Shown: piece after piece, positions 16,028 through 31,149 of the stretch
Layout of the letters: every line of letters starts with the position of its first letter
Numbering within the stretch: position 1 is the stretch's first letter
Source: the human T2T-CHM13v2.0 reference genome, Homo sapiens
Reading direction: 5' to 3' (one strand)
DNA length: 64,000 nucleotides
NCBI RefSeq assembly: GCF_009914755.1
Contig: NC_060935.1
Notes under the pieces: generated by a model
The model's input: the letters and a program-made list of their open reading frames with translations, nothing else
Database searches by the model: none
What the model was told of the DNA's origin: nothing
Made by a program: the position numbers and the translations under genes

Positions 16028-16194
16028 ACTTTTTAAAAAGGAATGTTCGATTTTTAAAAAATTTATTTCATACTAAAATTTGACCAAACATGAGTTACTT
16101 TTACTCATAGCATACTAGTGCACTACACACATTCTGGAGTCTGACAGATCTGGGTTTGGATCCTGGTTTCACCGCTTACCAGTTGGATGTACTT

Positions 16195-17430
16195 GATTCA
16201 TTCATTCATCAAATATTTATTGATTGCCTACCTAGTACGAGGTATTAGGTCTACAGTTGTAAATGAACCAGATGTAGTCCCTGCCCTCATAGAATTTGTG
16301 GTTTAGTAGGGCAGAGCATTAATAAACAAGTAAATATATCAAATAAAGATGTAATTTCCAAAGGAGAAAAGTCCTATGAAAAATACAAATCGGATGTTAG
16401 GTTCAAAAATGGGGATGGAGAACCGAGGTCAATTTCAAGCAGGCCTTCTGAGAAGGTACCACTCAGCCAAGATTTGAGGGCGAAAAAGAAACCCAGCAAG
16501 GATGAAGTCGGGAGTGGGCACCAGGGTAGGCATTTCAGACAGAAGCCAGAGCAGGGACAAGGCCTGAAGTCTCGGGAGTGGCATGTTTGCATGGATGAGA
16601 AGCAGCCAGTGTGCGTGGAATGTTCTAGGCTGGCAGGAGTTAGGCCTGCAGAGGAAGGCAGGGACCTTGTCAGCCACGAGAAGGTGGCTGAATTTTATTT
16701 CTGGGACGATAGTAAGCTGCTAGAAGATCGTAAGCCGGAGAATGGCATCATTCAATTTACATTTAAAAATAATTCCCAATACTATATGGAGAATGAATTT
16801 GGAGGGAGAAAGAGAGGATGCAGGAAAAACAAATGACTATTGTGTTAGGCCAAGGCTGGAGTACTGGCAAAAGCCCAGGGACCTGGGATATGGGAAGAAA
16901 TGGAAGGCATTGAGCTGCATTTTGGAAGTTGAAGTTATGAGGCTAAGTCATGTCTTGGATACGGAGAGAAGGAAAAGATAGGAATCAAAGATGTATCTGA
17001 TGTGTACATCTGGATGGATGAATGATATCATTTACAAAGATGATAAAAATTTGGTAAGAAATAGTTTCAGGGAGAAAATCACGTGTTGATTTTTGTACAT
17101 GTTGAGCATGAGATGTCTGCAAGAGATCCAAGGAGAGGTGTCAAGTAGGCAGTAAGATCCATGACAGGGGCTCGTCAGACTTGTCTGGGATGGTGATAAC
17201 CGTATATAGAGATCACATGCATTTAGATGGTATTTTAAACTTGGGGCAGAATTTAGAGCGTGAGACTAGAAGAGGCCTCAATGTCAAGAGGTCTGAGAAT
17301 CTATGGGATCAAAATTTAGAGGCTGGGAAGAGAGGGAGAAATTACCAAAGGAGACTGAGGAATAGCCAGAAAAAGCTGAAGAAAACTCAGGAGGAAGCCT
17401 GACCAAGGAAAGTGAGTATTTTAAGCAGAA
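16195..17430 (-). mobile_element. L2 LINE, apparently inserted in a MIR (halves ~16110-16195 and ~17490-17660)
   Basis: ATTCATTCATTCATCAAATATTTATTGA tail followed by purine-rich L2 antisense body. Confidence 0.75.
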
Positions 17431-18261
17431 TATTCTGTTATACTCCAGGCTCATAGAAATGAGTATTTAAAGCTAATCATCTTGAGCACCAGATAATCTC
17501 AGGTAAGTTGTTTAACCTTTCTGAGAACCTATAAAATCTATAAAATAAATTAAAATATAAATACTATTTATCCCTTATGGTTGTTTAGAGTATTAAGTGA
17601 AATGACAAATCTAAGTCACTTAACATGGAGCCCTGTGTACAGTAAGTGTACGGAGTAAGTTTTTTTTTTTTAATCCTTCATTATCTCCATGTCATTAATT
17701 ATCACAGTACTGTAGATGTGCAGATGATTAGCTAGTAAAGAATTGTGTCTATAAGAATGTCAACTAATCTAGCTTTGATTATTTCTCTTTCCTTGCTGAA
17801 AATCACTTAAAAGGTATGAGAATGAATCTTTTCTTGTAGTAAACCGTGACTTTTCAGTGTCCGTGAAAGGATATACCATTAATTACTTCAAAGCCTACTT
17901 TACTTGTCCACCATTCCTTAAGACTATTTGGCTTTCAGGTAAAGTGTATGAGAGTTTTGTTGTTGTTTTTTTCAATTAATTTTAACTGCAATCTGAGGAA
18001 AGACCAAATCAGCAAAGTTATTAACATCTTAAAAACACTAAGCCACTTACCGAAAAAGCTTCCCTACAGAAATTTCCTATGGGAATAGTCTCCAAAAAGC
18101 TTGCTGATGTTTCTGAATGCCAAATTGCTGTTTAAAAAGGAAAATCATCAAGCATGCAAGGCTTTCCAAAAAGGCAAGAGAAATTAAAAGTGGCTAAAAC
18201 AGTGAAGCATTAATGAAAAGGAAATGAGCAGCTTTCATTTATTAAAAATTATGTAAACTCA

Positions 18262-18753
<492 letters not shown>

Positions 18754-20004
18754 CTAGGTGCACTGATAACAGTTACTTTGGCCCATGAAAATTCAATCAA
18801 TGAAAATTTAAAAATTAAAATAAATATTCTAAGTTCACACATACACACAAACAACTGAGAGAAATCAAAGACACACTGCTCCCCTATCATTCTTTAGAGT
18901 GAACATTGGAAATTTTCTCCAAGTTAACTAAAAAGATGTGCCATAACCTTTTATGAGACAGTGGAGACCATTTTGTAAACAAAAATAACACAATTCTCCA
19001 TGAAAGATCTTACTAATTTGTCAGTATTTACCCAGTGAATATAGAATTAGTGGATAAATATCATGAAAGGCAAAGAGAAATGTCCATGAAAGACTATGAT
19101 GTGAATTGGATACCTGGACCCTAACTCTGATTACTGTACCAGGGTGTATGTGACCTTGAGAAGACCAAGAGACTTGCATCCCTTCTCCCTATTCGTTTTC
19201 CATCTTAGCGACATGCCTACTACCCACACACTGTTCCTTCCCTTCCTCTCACTGTATTCCAACAACTCTTTAAGGCAATAACAAGAATATAGAAATAACA
19301 ACAAAAAGGCATTATTTAGAACTAGCTGAGAAAGAAAAAGGTGAAGAATATAAAATAGTACAAAAAATTAGACATGTTTTTGCATGCCATGAAATTCTAT
19401 GAAGTGTCAAGGATGGGCCACTAATTTGATTGAAAGCACTCCAGCAAACAATCCAAAAGTCACTCAATTGAGTGTCTATAGGAGAAAAACAAACTGCTTA
19501 GGATAACTGGTAAATGAGGTGGGAAAAAAATAGGTATAATTATTCATTAAGCCCAACCAATGTTTCACTTCTTCTGTTGGGATCTACATGTCCGTGGGAG
19601 GTACCTTTTGTTAGCTATGACAGCCACTTAAACCAAGTATCAAAATAAATTGAACAAAGAACCATACTGTCAAATTGCTGTATTACAAAGAATAGCATAA
19701 TTATTCCCTATACTAAAAACAGAAAGAACTAGCTCCTAAGTGCTCTCATAAAGAAGACAGCGTATTATAACAATAAGAAGGCACCATTTACTGAGTATTC
19801 TCTGTGTACCAGGCTCTATGATCTGCTCTTCTACATACATTATTTTATCAACTCCATCTTCATTCTAGTTTCTGCCATAAGTTTAAAAGGGAGTATTTCT
19901 TTCTTACAGAGCCCCTCAGTGCAGGTCAATGGCATCATGTCAACGTTCAGTAAAAGCAGTTCTACAGTCAAGGGACCTAGCTCTCTAAAGATGTGGCTTT
20001 AATG

Positions 20005-20193
20005 GTGGGTCTAAACTTGGAGCAAAATTGTGGCTGATAAACTACCTGCAACAGAATCACCTGGACTGTGTATTTAAAATGCATATTCCAGGACCCTCTG
20101 CAGGCTAACTGAATCAGAACCCTGAGGGTTATGTCCAGGAGATAGCATTTCTAACGTGTGCTCCTATTAGGCACCCTCAGTTTGTGAACTGCT
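20005..20193. mobile_element. MER5 (hAT-Charlie) element
   Basis: CAGAATCACCTGG...TTTAAAATGCATATTCCAGG...CTGAATCAGAA core. Confidence 0.7.
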
Positions 20194-20599
20194 GTCTTAA
20201 GATATCATGAGCAATGGTCCCCAAATATTGTGATTTCCCAGTAAGAAATTTTTAGAGCATGCCTCTCCAACTTAATATTTGTGTTTATGGACAAATTAGA
20301 TGTTCGTACTAATTTAATAATATATTATGTATATTATAAAGCATCCATACATTTTCAAAGGATCAGGTTTTAACTAATTATTATGTAATAATATCTTAGG
20401 AGCAAAATGATAGAATAAACTTCATTGTTCGTGAAAATTTCAGATACTTACCTGGTAATTCTATAATCATTAGGTAAATACTAGCAAAATTAATAAGGTT
20501 TTCTCATGTTGTTATTCTTCCTTATGAGTGTAATTTTTAACTTGTTAAAAAGTTTTGAGAAGTATGTTTGTAACTAATCAAAGAAAATATCTAAGTATT

Positions 20600-23500
20600 T
20601 ACTTTGTAGAATTGTAAATGTTTAGTTAAATGTTTGTTGTGAACTATTTCATAAGTGTAAAAGAGTATATTAAGATATGCAGTTTAAATAATTACAATAA
20701 ATTGAACACTCATGTACCAACCACATAGGTTACAAAATAGGATATTACTAGGGCTTTCAAACCTCATTTGTATGGTCCTCTCCAAGTAAATCTATGCACA
20801 TACCCCTCCTCAAGGTAACCATCATCATATTAATCATTCATCTGTTTTTCCTTGTAATTTTAATGCCTACGTATGTATCCCAAACAATGTATTATTTCTT
20901 TTTCCTCTGTTCAAACTCCATATAAAGGGGATCATACTGCACATACTTACTGACTTGCTTTTTTCATTCAACACCATCATCTTGAAACTCATCTATCTAA
21001 TAGGTATAGCTCTAGTTCATTCGTTTTTATTTCTGTATGGTAGTCCATTATAGGAATAACCCACAACTTGTTTACCTTTCTATTATAGATGGACATTTGA
21101 GTTATATCTCTTTTTTTTTCTTACAAGTAGAACTGCCATGGAGGTTTTGTTCCTTGTCTTCTTGTGCACAGATCTCAGAGTTTCTCGGGCATCTATCTAG
21201 GAACGAGTTTGCGGGGTCAAAGCGAATGTTTAATTTTACTAAGTAATACCAAGAATTTTCCAAAATGATTGTATCAGTTTGCTGTCTTAACAACAGTGCA
21301 TGAGAGTTGCTCTGCCTGTTTGCCCACACCCGGTATAATAAAGCTTTGTTCCCCTTTGTTCTGCCAATCTGTTGGGTCTGAAACAGTCTCATGTTTTTAA
21401 TTTAATTTTCTTGATTACTATTGAGGCTAAGTATCATTACATGAATTTATGAGCCATTTTGTTTCCTATTCTGTGCCATCTGTTTGTCTTTTGTTCATTT
21501 TTTTCTGTTGTTTGTCATTTTCTTAATTCATAGAATCATTTTGCATTCCAGATTCTAATCTTTATATTTACATGTACTAAAAGAATATAACCCTAACATG
21601 TGACTTGTTTTAATGCTCTATTTATTTTCTTTTAAGAAACACAAGTTCTTAATTTTAATACAGTTGATTTATCAACCTATGGTTAGTGGTCTCCCTCTCT
21701 CTCGCTCTCTCTCTCTGTTTGTGTGTTTTAAGAAATCCTTTCTTACTCCAAGTTCACGAAGATATTCTCCTAAAAGTTTTAAAATTTCAAATTTTATATT
21801 GAAGTCTTTACTAGGATTGATTTTTGTGTGGGATTGGGATACAATTTAAGTTTTCTTTCCATTTGGTAGCAAATAACCTAAGCACTATTTGTGTGATAGT
21901 CTATCCTTTCTCCACTATTTTTCAATGCCTGCTTTGTATAAATGGATTTTTTTCTAAGCACTCTATTTTATTTATTGGCCAGTTTATTTATCCCTGCCCT
22001 AAAACCACAGTCTATTAGAGCTTTATAATAAATCTTAATAACTAGAAAGACATGTCTTTCTCTTTTGTTTTTTTGTCAAGAATGTCTTGGCTATTACCAG
22101 GCATTTGCTCTTACATATAAATTTTAGAATCAGGCAGCTCCTCAAGTTCCCCAAATCAAAACAACCACAAAAAGCCTGTTGGAATTTTTATTGGAATTGC
22201 ATTGAATCCAAAGGTCGATTTGAGAACTGACATCTTTATAACGTTAACATTTCTTACCTATAAACACAGTATTCTCTGTTTATTTAGGTTTGTAATATCT
22301 TTACAAATGATTTGCAGTTTTTTTCTTCCTCGTGTTTCATAACTCTTTTAAAAACAATTCCTGGGTATTTTATTTTTGTTGTTAATATAAATGGTATTTG
22401 TTTCTTAATATATTTTCTAACTATTGCTGTTAAAATGCAATAGTTTTGTATATTAAATTTCTCTCTAGTAACCTTGATAAGCTAATTCTAATAATTTATC
22501 TGTAGAATCATTGGGTTTTCTACATACACAATAATATAATCTAAAAATAATAAAAATTTTGGATTTTATCCCAATTCTTATACCTTTTACTTATAATTTT
22601 TTGTCTTATCCTGTTGGAGAAGGATGTCTTGGGCACTGTTCAATAGGAGTGATGATAGGTACTTTTTGTCTGGTTCCTGACTACTAATGAAAACTTTCAG
22701 TGTTTCTCCATGAAGTCTGACCTTTGCTTTCAAATTTTTGCATGTCCTTTATTAGCTTATGAAAGTTACCTTATACCTGCTTTGCTTATGGTTTTCATTA
22801 TGACTGGATGCTGATTTTTCTCAAATGCTTTTTCAGTATCTATTGAGTTGATCATATGATTTTTCTCCTTTAACTTGTTAATGTGGTGTATTGCTTAGTT
22901 GATTTCCTCATATTATGCTCCACTTGCATTCTTGGAATAAATACAACTTGCTTATGAAATATTAACCTTGTGAACATTGTTGGATTGCTAATAATTTGTT
23001 TATATTGGCCTGTACTTTTTCTTTCTCATATGATCCTTATTGGAATTTCACACCAAAAGTATGCTGCCCTCATAAAATAAGTTCCAGAATATTTCCTAAT
23101 TTTAAGACTTCTCTGCAATTGTTTTTGAAGACTGGAATCTTGCATATCACTTTTTCTTTTGATGTTCTGTAGATGTGTTCTGTTCTGTTTGATTTGTCCC
23201 TAGAGTTTTCTTGGTGGAACAATTTTTAACCACTAATGTCAATTTTTTCTTGAATCAGTTTTGATGTTTCATTATTCTAGGAATTTTTCCATTAAAATTT
23301 TTAAATTTTTAAATATTATTTGCATAAAGTTTTTTATATCTATTTACTATATTTTTAGTGTCTGCAACCTCTTTCATGAAGCCCTTTTTTCATTCTTGTT
23401 ATTAATTATTTTGGCCTTCTCTATTTTTACCTTAATCAGTCTTGGCAGAGGTTTGTCAATTTTATTAGCCTTTCAAAAAATCAGTCTTCAATTTTGTTAA

Positions 23501-23770
23501 TCTTTCCTAATGGTATTTATGCTTTCTATTTTACTAATTTCTGTTGTTGTTTTTATTATATATTTTCTTTGAGCCAATTGTGCTATTTTTTTCTAACCTC
23601 TCAAAATGTAGGCTTAGCTCATGAAAGTAATTATTTCTTTTTTCTAACATAGGTATTTAAGGCTATACATTTTTTTCTAGGAACTACTTAAGCCCAATCC
23701 TAATATTTTTGATACATAGTGTTTGTTTATTGTTATTCATTTAAAATACTCTCCAATTTCTACTACACAA
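20600..23770 (-). mobile_element. Old L1M (ME/MC type), antisense, decayed
   Basis: T-rich L1 3' end/ORF2 antisense motifs, e.g. ATTGGAATTGCATTGAATC and TCAAATGCTTTTTCAGTATCTATTGAG. Confidence 0.8.
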
Positions 23771-23838
23771 CTTAATATTAAGTTTAGTAAAATGTTATAA
23801 GCAATTTGTAATATTCCATAACTCTCAAACTCATTTAA

Positions 23839-24224
<386 letters not shown>

Positions 24225-25054
24225 TGCTATTGTATTTTATCTGTGATTTCTTTGTAGGAATCTTTTTTAGCCGTGTCATTTGGAAACCATAAATTTCACC
24301 TAAATTAGTGTAAAGAAAGTGTCTATGTCACAATGTGATGAAAGGTGATGAATGAATGAAAGTGCCACTGTGCAGCCTTTCCCATTGTGATATGCCCACT
24401 CTTTCCTCAGAATATGCAGGATTGGCGTATCACAGGTCACCATCTTGATTGACTTACTAATCAAGTGAATCTATCAGTGTTAACTAATGTATTAATTGTT
24501 AGTAAAGTTTAATTTAATTCATTTGATAGCTTAAAAAAAGTAAATAAAAGTTGGATGTTTTCTCATCACCCCATAGGGGATTTGGAGTCCACTCATCTGG
24601 GACAGTAATTCTCATCCACAGACGGTAATAGTGGGACAGCATCCTTCAAGGAGGACATGTCAGCCTCTGAGACATGAAAGATAGACATCTTGGCTAATGA
24701 GAATTTGAAAGAAGACAGTGCTTCTCAAGAGGAGTGCGTGTCACAATCTCTGGGAGGTGCAAGAGATTTTCATGGCTTCAAAAGATTGAAAACACACTGA
24801 TATCACACTGATGTTTCAACTTTACTCTGTAAAAGCGCTTTCTTTCCACAGAGCTGTCAGTAGATACTGTGTGGTAGATATCTGGAGGTCAGCTAGGCTC
24901 TGTTGCCAAACATAAAGAGAACCATCACTTTTACACCCAGCTGAGCTGAGATATCCTCAATACACACCAGTCATTATCATTCCCTTTTCCACCATAGTTC
25001 CCAAATTTTCCACCCTGCATTCTTCTTTCCATCTAAATTTAAAGTTGGGAAAGA

Positions 25055-25389
<335 letters not shown>

Positions 25390-26074
25390 CTATGACAAAC
25401 AAGAGCCCGGAGGCGCTGGGCAACAAATGGCCTTTATTCTTTGACAAATATCTCATCTGTCAAAGTGGATGTCATGTAAAATAACTTAAATTATTGGTTA
25501 TGTTTATGAGGTATGCAAAAATCCTCTTACATGAGAAATATCATATAGAGATACTTAAGTATGTTTAAGTGATGAAAGTTCTCACTTTTCTAATTCAGTG
25601 CCCACCATCTAAAATGATGCTTGAATGATGCATTCCAGAAACACAACCTCATACATTTTAATCACTCTTAGCAAATGTTTCAGAAGACACATATCAGTAA
25701 GTTGCTTACCAGCAAATATTGTAACCTACCTGATAGACCAGTCATTCTAATTATACTTTAAAAGGAACAGAAATGAAAACAATTTACAGAACTTCTCCTA
25801 TTACTGTTCTTGCTGCTCAAGCATAGAAAACAAGAATTCCCCTTTCCACATCTGCTTGTACAAAGGGTCATGCTTCCATGACTTGCCAGGAACTTGTCTT
25901 ACTTCTTGGAATAGTAAATATTTTTTAAAAAGAACTGAATCTTAGACTCAATGACAAGATTAGTCTGCTCTATAAAAGTTAACCACAAGCAAATACAACC
26001 TAAAACCTACTGAGTATTTTTTAGGTTTTCTTCAAGGTGAGAATGTGTTTATTATTTTAAGAGTATATGTTGGG

Positions 26075-26431
26075 AAGTGAGTGTTAGGGAGATGTTGATC
26101 AAGGATACCAAATTTCAGTTAGACAGGAGAAATAAATTCAAGAGTCACCATGGTAACTACAGTTAATAGCAATGTATTGCATTCTTGAAAATCACTAAAG
26201 AGGAGATTTTAAGTGTTCTTATTACAAAAAAAAAAGTATGTGAGATAATAGATATGTTAATTACCTCCATTTAGCCACTCCACAATGTATACATATGTCA
26301 AAACATCATGTTGTACATGATCTTTAGGAGGCTGAGGCAGATGAATCACCTGAGGCCAGGAGTTCAAGACCAGCCTGGCCAACATGGCGAAACCCTGTCT
26401 CTACTAAAAATACAAGAATTAGCTGGGTGTG
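26075..26431 (+). mobile_element. L1MA 3'-end fragment followed by an Alu fragment (26324-26431)
   Basis: L1MA 3' UTR motifs (ATTTCAGTTAGACAGGAGAAATAAATTCAAG); partial Alu left monomer. Confidence 0.7.
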
Positions 26432-26701
26432 AAAAACAGAATTAGTTCTTTATATACATTATGTCAGGCATCTTGACAACTGCTTTATGACATAGGCACC
26501 ATCACCTTCATTTGATAGATGAGGAAATTGAAGCCTGGAGTCTCAGTAACTTACTAGAGGGTCACATAATGAGTACACAATGGAGTCAGATTCTATCCTA
26601 CACAATCTAGCTCCATAGACTATGCACCTAAAGCAATATGTTAAGTTGCTTTCTAGTTAAAGTGCTGAAGTTTCCAAAAGGATATATATTATTTCAAAAG
26701 G

Positions 26702-26703
<2 letters not shown>

Positions 26704-26739
<36 letters not shown>
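26704..26739. repeat. (CA)n microsatellite
   Basis: About 18 uninterrupted AC units. Confidence 0.97.
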
Positions 26740-26742
<3 letters not shown>

Positions 26743-27679
26743 AATGGTTCCAAGGAATCCCTATAATGTTACCTTCGCTGACTAGCATTTTGGGAGAGAA
26801 GGGAGTGGCATCACAGCCAGAATGCTGAGAATTGTCCTCATGCACAGCCCAAGTTCATCTCTTCAGTGGATCACAAGGAGTCACCACTACAGATGGGTGA
26901 TTAACTGTTCTGATGATTACAAATAATCACAGTGCATGACTTCCAAATTTGGGAGATGTTTGTCAAAACATGAATGTGCTTTTGACAGTGTTTCACACAT
27001 AAGAGAATAATTTATCAAGCATGTCATGGTAGCAAAAATAGCTGAGAACTGATTGTTGCATTGGAAGCTAACATTGCAATTGTGCTGATTTGAATTATCT
27101 ACAAGCCAGAGGACAGAGTGACCCAATACACACCTTTTTAAGATTCAAAAATGTCTGAAAGCTGAGAATCTTAAAAAGAGACAACAATGTATGAGGGTTT
27201 TTGTTGTGTGAATTGTAAAGTTGTTTGTTGGAAAAGAAAAGGCAAAAATGAAAAAGTGAGAGGTGGGCTTCAAGTGCTTAAAGGAACTGAATTTTCTACA
27301 GCAAGATATTCCTCAATCATCTTTAACATAGCCATCCAGGCCACCTTAATTCATAATAGCATTCCAAATTTTTAATTAATGATTTTTGAGGAACACAGAT
27401 GTTTATTTATACTTTATCTGACACATAAGCCTTTCTCCAAGCTGATATTTACACACAGTTCCTAACCACAGAGATCACATACAGAATGAGGATGTAAATC
27501 AAACATATCATTCCCTCCTTGCCTTTTCTTTAACATCCCATTATGGAATAAAATATATGGCTATTGGAAACGCTACATCAATTTTCTTTTTATACTATGT
27601 AAACAGTCACTTAAACCTCTTTCTCAGTATTTAAAACACAACTGACAATATATTTTCAATTTCAACATCTAAGCTTGGA

Positions 27680-30600
27680 GAGAGGCAAGATGGCCAACCA
27701 GATGTGGCTGGAAATCACCTCTTTCATGGAGAGGAACCTTGATACTTTGAACATATTGTATGGTGGAAAACATCAAAAGTCAATACAGAGTTAATTGTGG
27801 CTCTGTGGTTGAAGGAGGCACTGTGGTTGAAGGAGGAAGAAGCGTGGCAGCCTGCTGAATCACCAGGCACCAGGACCAGCCCCATGGACCAGACCTAAGG
27901 AAGGGGTGAGTGAAGGAACTCCCAGCCACCACATTCCTGATGCAGACCCCTGAGATTACAGCTATCGAAGTTTCCATGACACCCATAGAAAGTTGGACTG
28001 GAAAGGGGAGCTGTCTGGAGAACAAGCAGAGGCACAGCTTGAACCTGCATGGAGCCCAGAAGACATCTCTATATTGTGCACCTGCAGCAAAATGTAACCA
28101 TAGCTACCCATCTCCCAAGGCTCTCGGACTTACACTGAATGGCTGCATCTCCTTCTGTCTGCCAGGCCAGGAGGCAGCAGGATCTGGGAGCACTCTCACA
28201 TCCAAGACAGATCCCACCACCATTACTATGGGACTGAAGTACTTTTGATCCATGAGCCCCCTTGCCTACCAGCACCTCCCAAGACCACTTGCCTGGCCAC
28301 TCCCACAGTAGGGTGCCCACAGCCCAGCCTCCACTCCCTAGCACAGAGAAGAGTGTGGTGCAGGTTCATGTGCTGGCATGGGAACTGGGTACCCTGCCCT
28401 TTGCAAGGCTGGACCAGGAAAGGTGTGGCTTGATAGCCTCAGCTTTTCCCCTGGGGGAGTCCTGCAGCCCAAAACACCCAGAATGGCCTAGTAATCTGGG
28501 CATAGATGGCTTTATCTAACAAGCATAGCTGGTTGGGCATACAGCCAGGGTAGACACCAGAGAGAGGTCAGAGGAGCACGAGCTGGGCAGGCCCCACAGC
28601 TGCCTGCTGGGCTAAAAACCCTGGGCTGCAGGCATTATACCGGTTGCACACGCATTTTGCCAGTGCCCTGCTTGGGGATCCCTCACCCTCAAGCCACTGC
28701 ATCACCAGACCACCTACAGATATAAACTACAAACTGCTCTGACACTGGCAAGCACAACATCAGCAGTTTCCCAGGGAGTTGCAGATCTCCTGGGATTTGC
28801 AGGTCCCCTGGTGACCTAACCTTCAGTGTGGCCTGCCCTGCCTCTAAGAGACAGGAGAACTTGTTTCCTTTTTGGGACAAAGGAAACACAGGTGTGGCAC
28901 TAGTTGCTGAAGTAGCATAATTATGGCCCAGAAATGGACTTGGAGAGGGAGTCATCTCTTGTCCCCCTTTGAACATAAATGTCCTAAACACTCCATTTAA
29001 AAGACAGAGAGTGGCAAAGTGGATCAAAAGACCCAATCTTCTTCTGTCTTCAAAAGTTCCATCTCACATGGAATGACACCCACAGGCTCAAAGTAAAGGG
29101 ATGGCGAAAGATCTATCATGCAAATGGAAAGCAGAAAGAACAGAGGTTGCTATTCTTCTACCAGATAAAATAGACTCTTTAAACCAACAATAGTAAAAAT
29201 AGGACAAAGAAGGGCATTAAATAATGATAAAAGGTTCAATTCAACAAGAGGATTTTGCTACCCTAAATATACATGCACCCAATATTGAAGCACCCTTATG
29301 AAACCTTCACCCTTATGAAGACTTATGATTACTACTAGACCTAAGAAAAGACTTAGAGAGCTACACAATAATAGTAGGGAACTTCAACATCCCACTGAGA
29401 GCATTAGACAGATCAAGGCAGAAAACTAACAAATTCTGCACTTAAATTTGAGTAGGTTTTTAAGGTACTGACAAGCTGACTCTAATAGACATCTACAGAA
29501 TACTTCACGTAACAATCACAAACCTTCTTCTCATCTGGTCATCATTAGTAATCATCAGAGAAATGCAAATCAAAACCAAAATATGATACCACCTCACACC
29601 AGTCAGAAGGCATCCTCATCTTTCACCTTATACAAAAATCAACTTAAGATGGATCAAGGACTTAAATCTAAGACCTGCAACCATAAAAATTCAAGAAGAT
29701 AACTTCAGAAAAACCCTTGTAGACATTGGCTTAGGCAAAGACTTCATGACCAAGAACCCAAAAGCAAATGCAACAAAAATAAAGATAAATAGATGAGACT
29801 TAATTAAACTAATAAGCTTCTGCACAGCATAAGAAACAATCAACAGAGTAAACAGACAACCCACAGAGTGGGAGAAAATATTCACAATCTGTACATCCAA
29901 CAAGGAATAATATCAGGAATCTACAAGGAACTCAATCAAATTAGCAGTAAAAAAACCAAACAATCCCATCCAAAAGTGGCTTAAGGACATGAATAGATCA
30001 TTCTCAAAAGAAGATATACAAATGACTAACAAACATATGAAAAAAATGCTCAACATCACTAACTATCAGGGAAATGCACATCAAAAGCACAATGCAATAC
30101 CACCTTCCTCCTGCAAGAATGACCATAATAAAAAAATTGAAAAATAATAGAAGTTGGCAGGATGTGGTCAAAAGAGAATACTTCTGCACTGTTAGTGGGA
30201 ATGTAAACTGATACAACCATTATGAAAAACAGTGGGGAGGTTTCTTAAAGAACTAAAAGTAGAACTACCATTTGATCCAGCAATCCCACTACTGGTTATC
30301 TGCCCAGAGGAAAAGAAGTCATTATATGAAAAAGACACTTGCACACACATGTTTATAACAGCAAAAATATTCATATTTATCAATATTAATTGATGGCCCA
30401 AATGCCCATCAATCAATGAGTGGATAAAGAAATTGTGATATATATCTATATATGTGCCATGGAATACTACTCAGCCATAAAAATGAATGAATTAACAGCA
30501 TTTGCGGTGACCTGGATGCAATTGGAGACCATTATTCTAAGTGAAGTAACTCAGGAATGAAAAACCAAACATCGTATGTTCTCACTCATAAGTGGGGGCT

Positions 30601-31148
30601 AAGATATGAGGATGCAAAGGCATAAGAATGATTTAATGGACTTTGGGGACTTGAGGGGAAAGGGTGGAGGGTGGGATGGGGGTAAGGGAAAAAAGACTGG
30701 CTGGGCGCGGTGGCTCAGGCCTGTAAACCCGGCACTTCGGGAGGCTGAGGCGGGCGGATCACGAGGTCAGGAGATCGAGACCATCCTGGCTAACACGGTG
30801 AAACCCCGCCTCTATTAAAAATACAAAAAAAATTAGCCGAGCGTGGTGGCAGGCTCCTGTAGTCCCAGCTACTCAGGAGACTGAGGCAGGAGAATGGCAT
30901 GAACCCGGGAGATGGAGCTTGCAGTGAGTTGAGATCGCGCCACTGGACTCCAGCCTGGGCGACAGAGCGAGACTCTATCTCAAAAAAAAAAAAAAAAAAA
31001 AGATTACAAATTGGGTACGGTGTATAACTGCTCAGGTGATAGTGCACCAAAATCTCAGAAATCACCACTAAAGAACTTATTCATGTAACCAAACACCACC
31101 TGTTCCCCCAAAACCTATGGAAATCAAAAATAAAAAATCAAATAAAAA
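27680..31148 (+). mobile_element. Rearranged L1: 5' UTR-like region, ORF2 endonuclease fragment, then 3' end with A-rich tail
   Basis: GC-richer 5' UTR starting GGCAAGATGGCC; EN-like 28968-29540; ORF2 end/3' UTR from 29610; no intact ORF. Confidence 0.8.
30698..31001 (+). mobile_element. AluY inserted in L1 3' UTR
   Basis: Full Alu with A tail, flanks AAAAAAGACT/AAAAAAGATT. Confidence 0.92.
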
Positions 31149-31149
31149 T

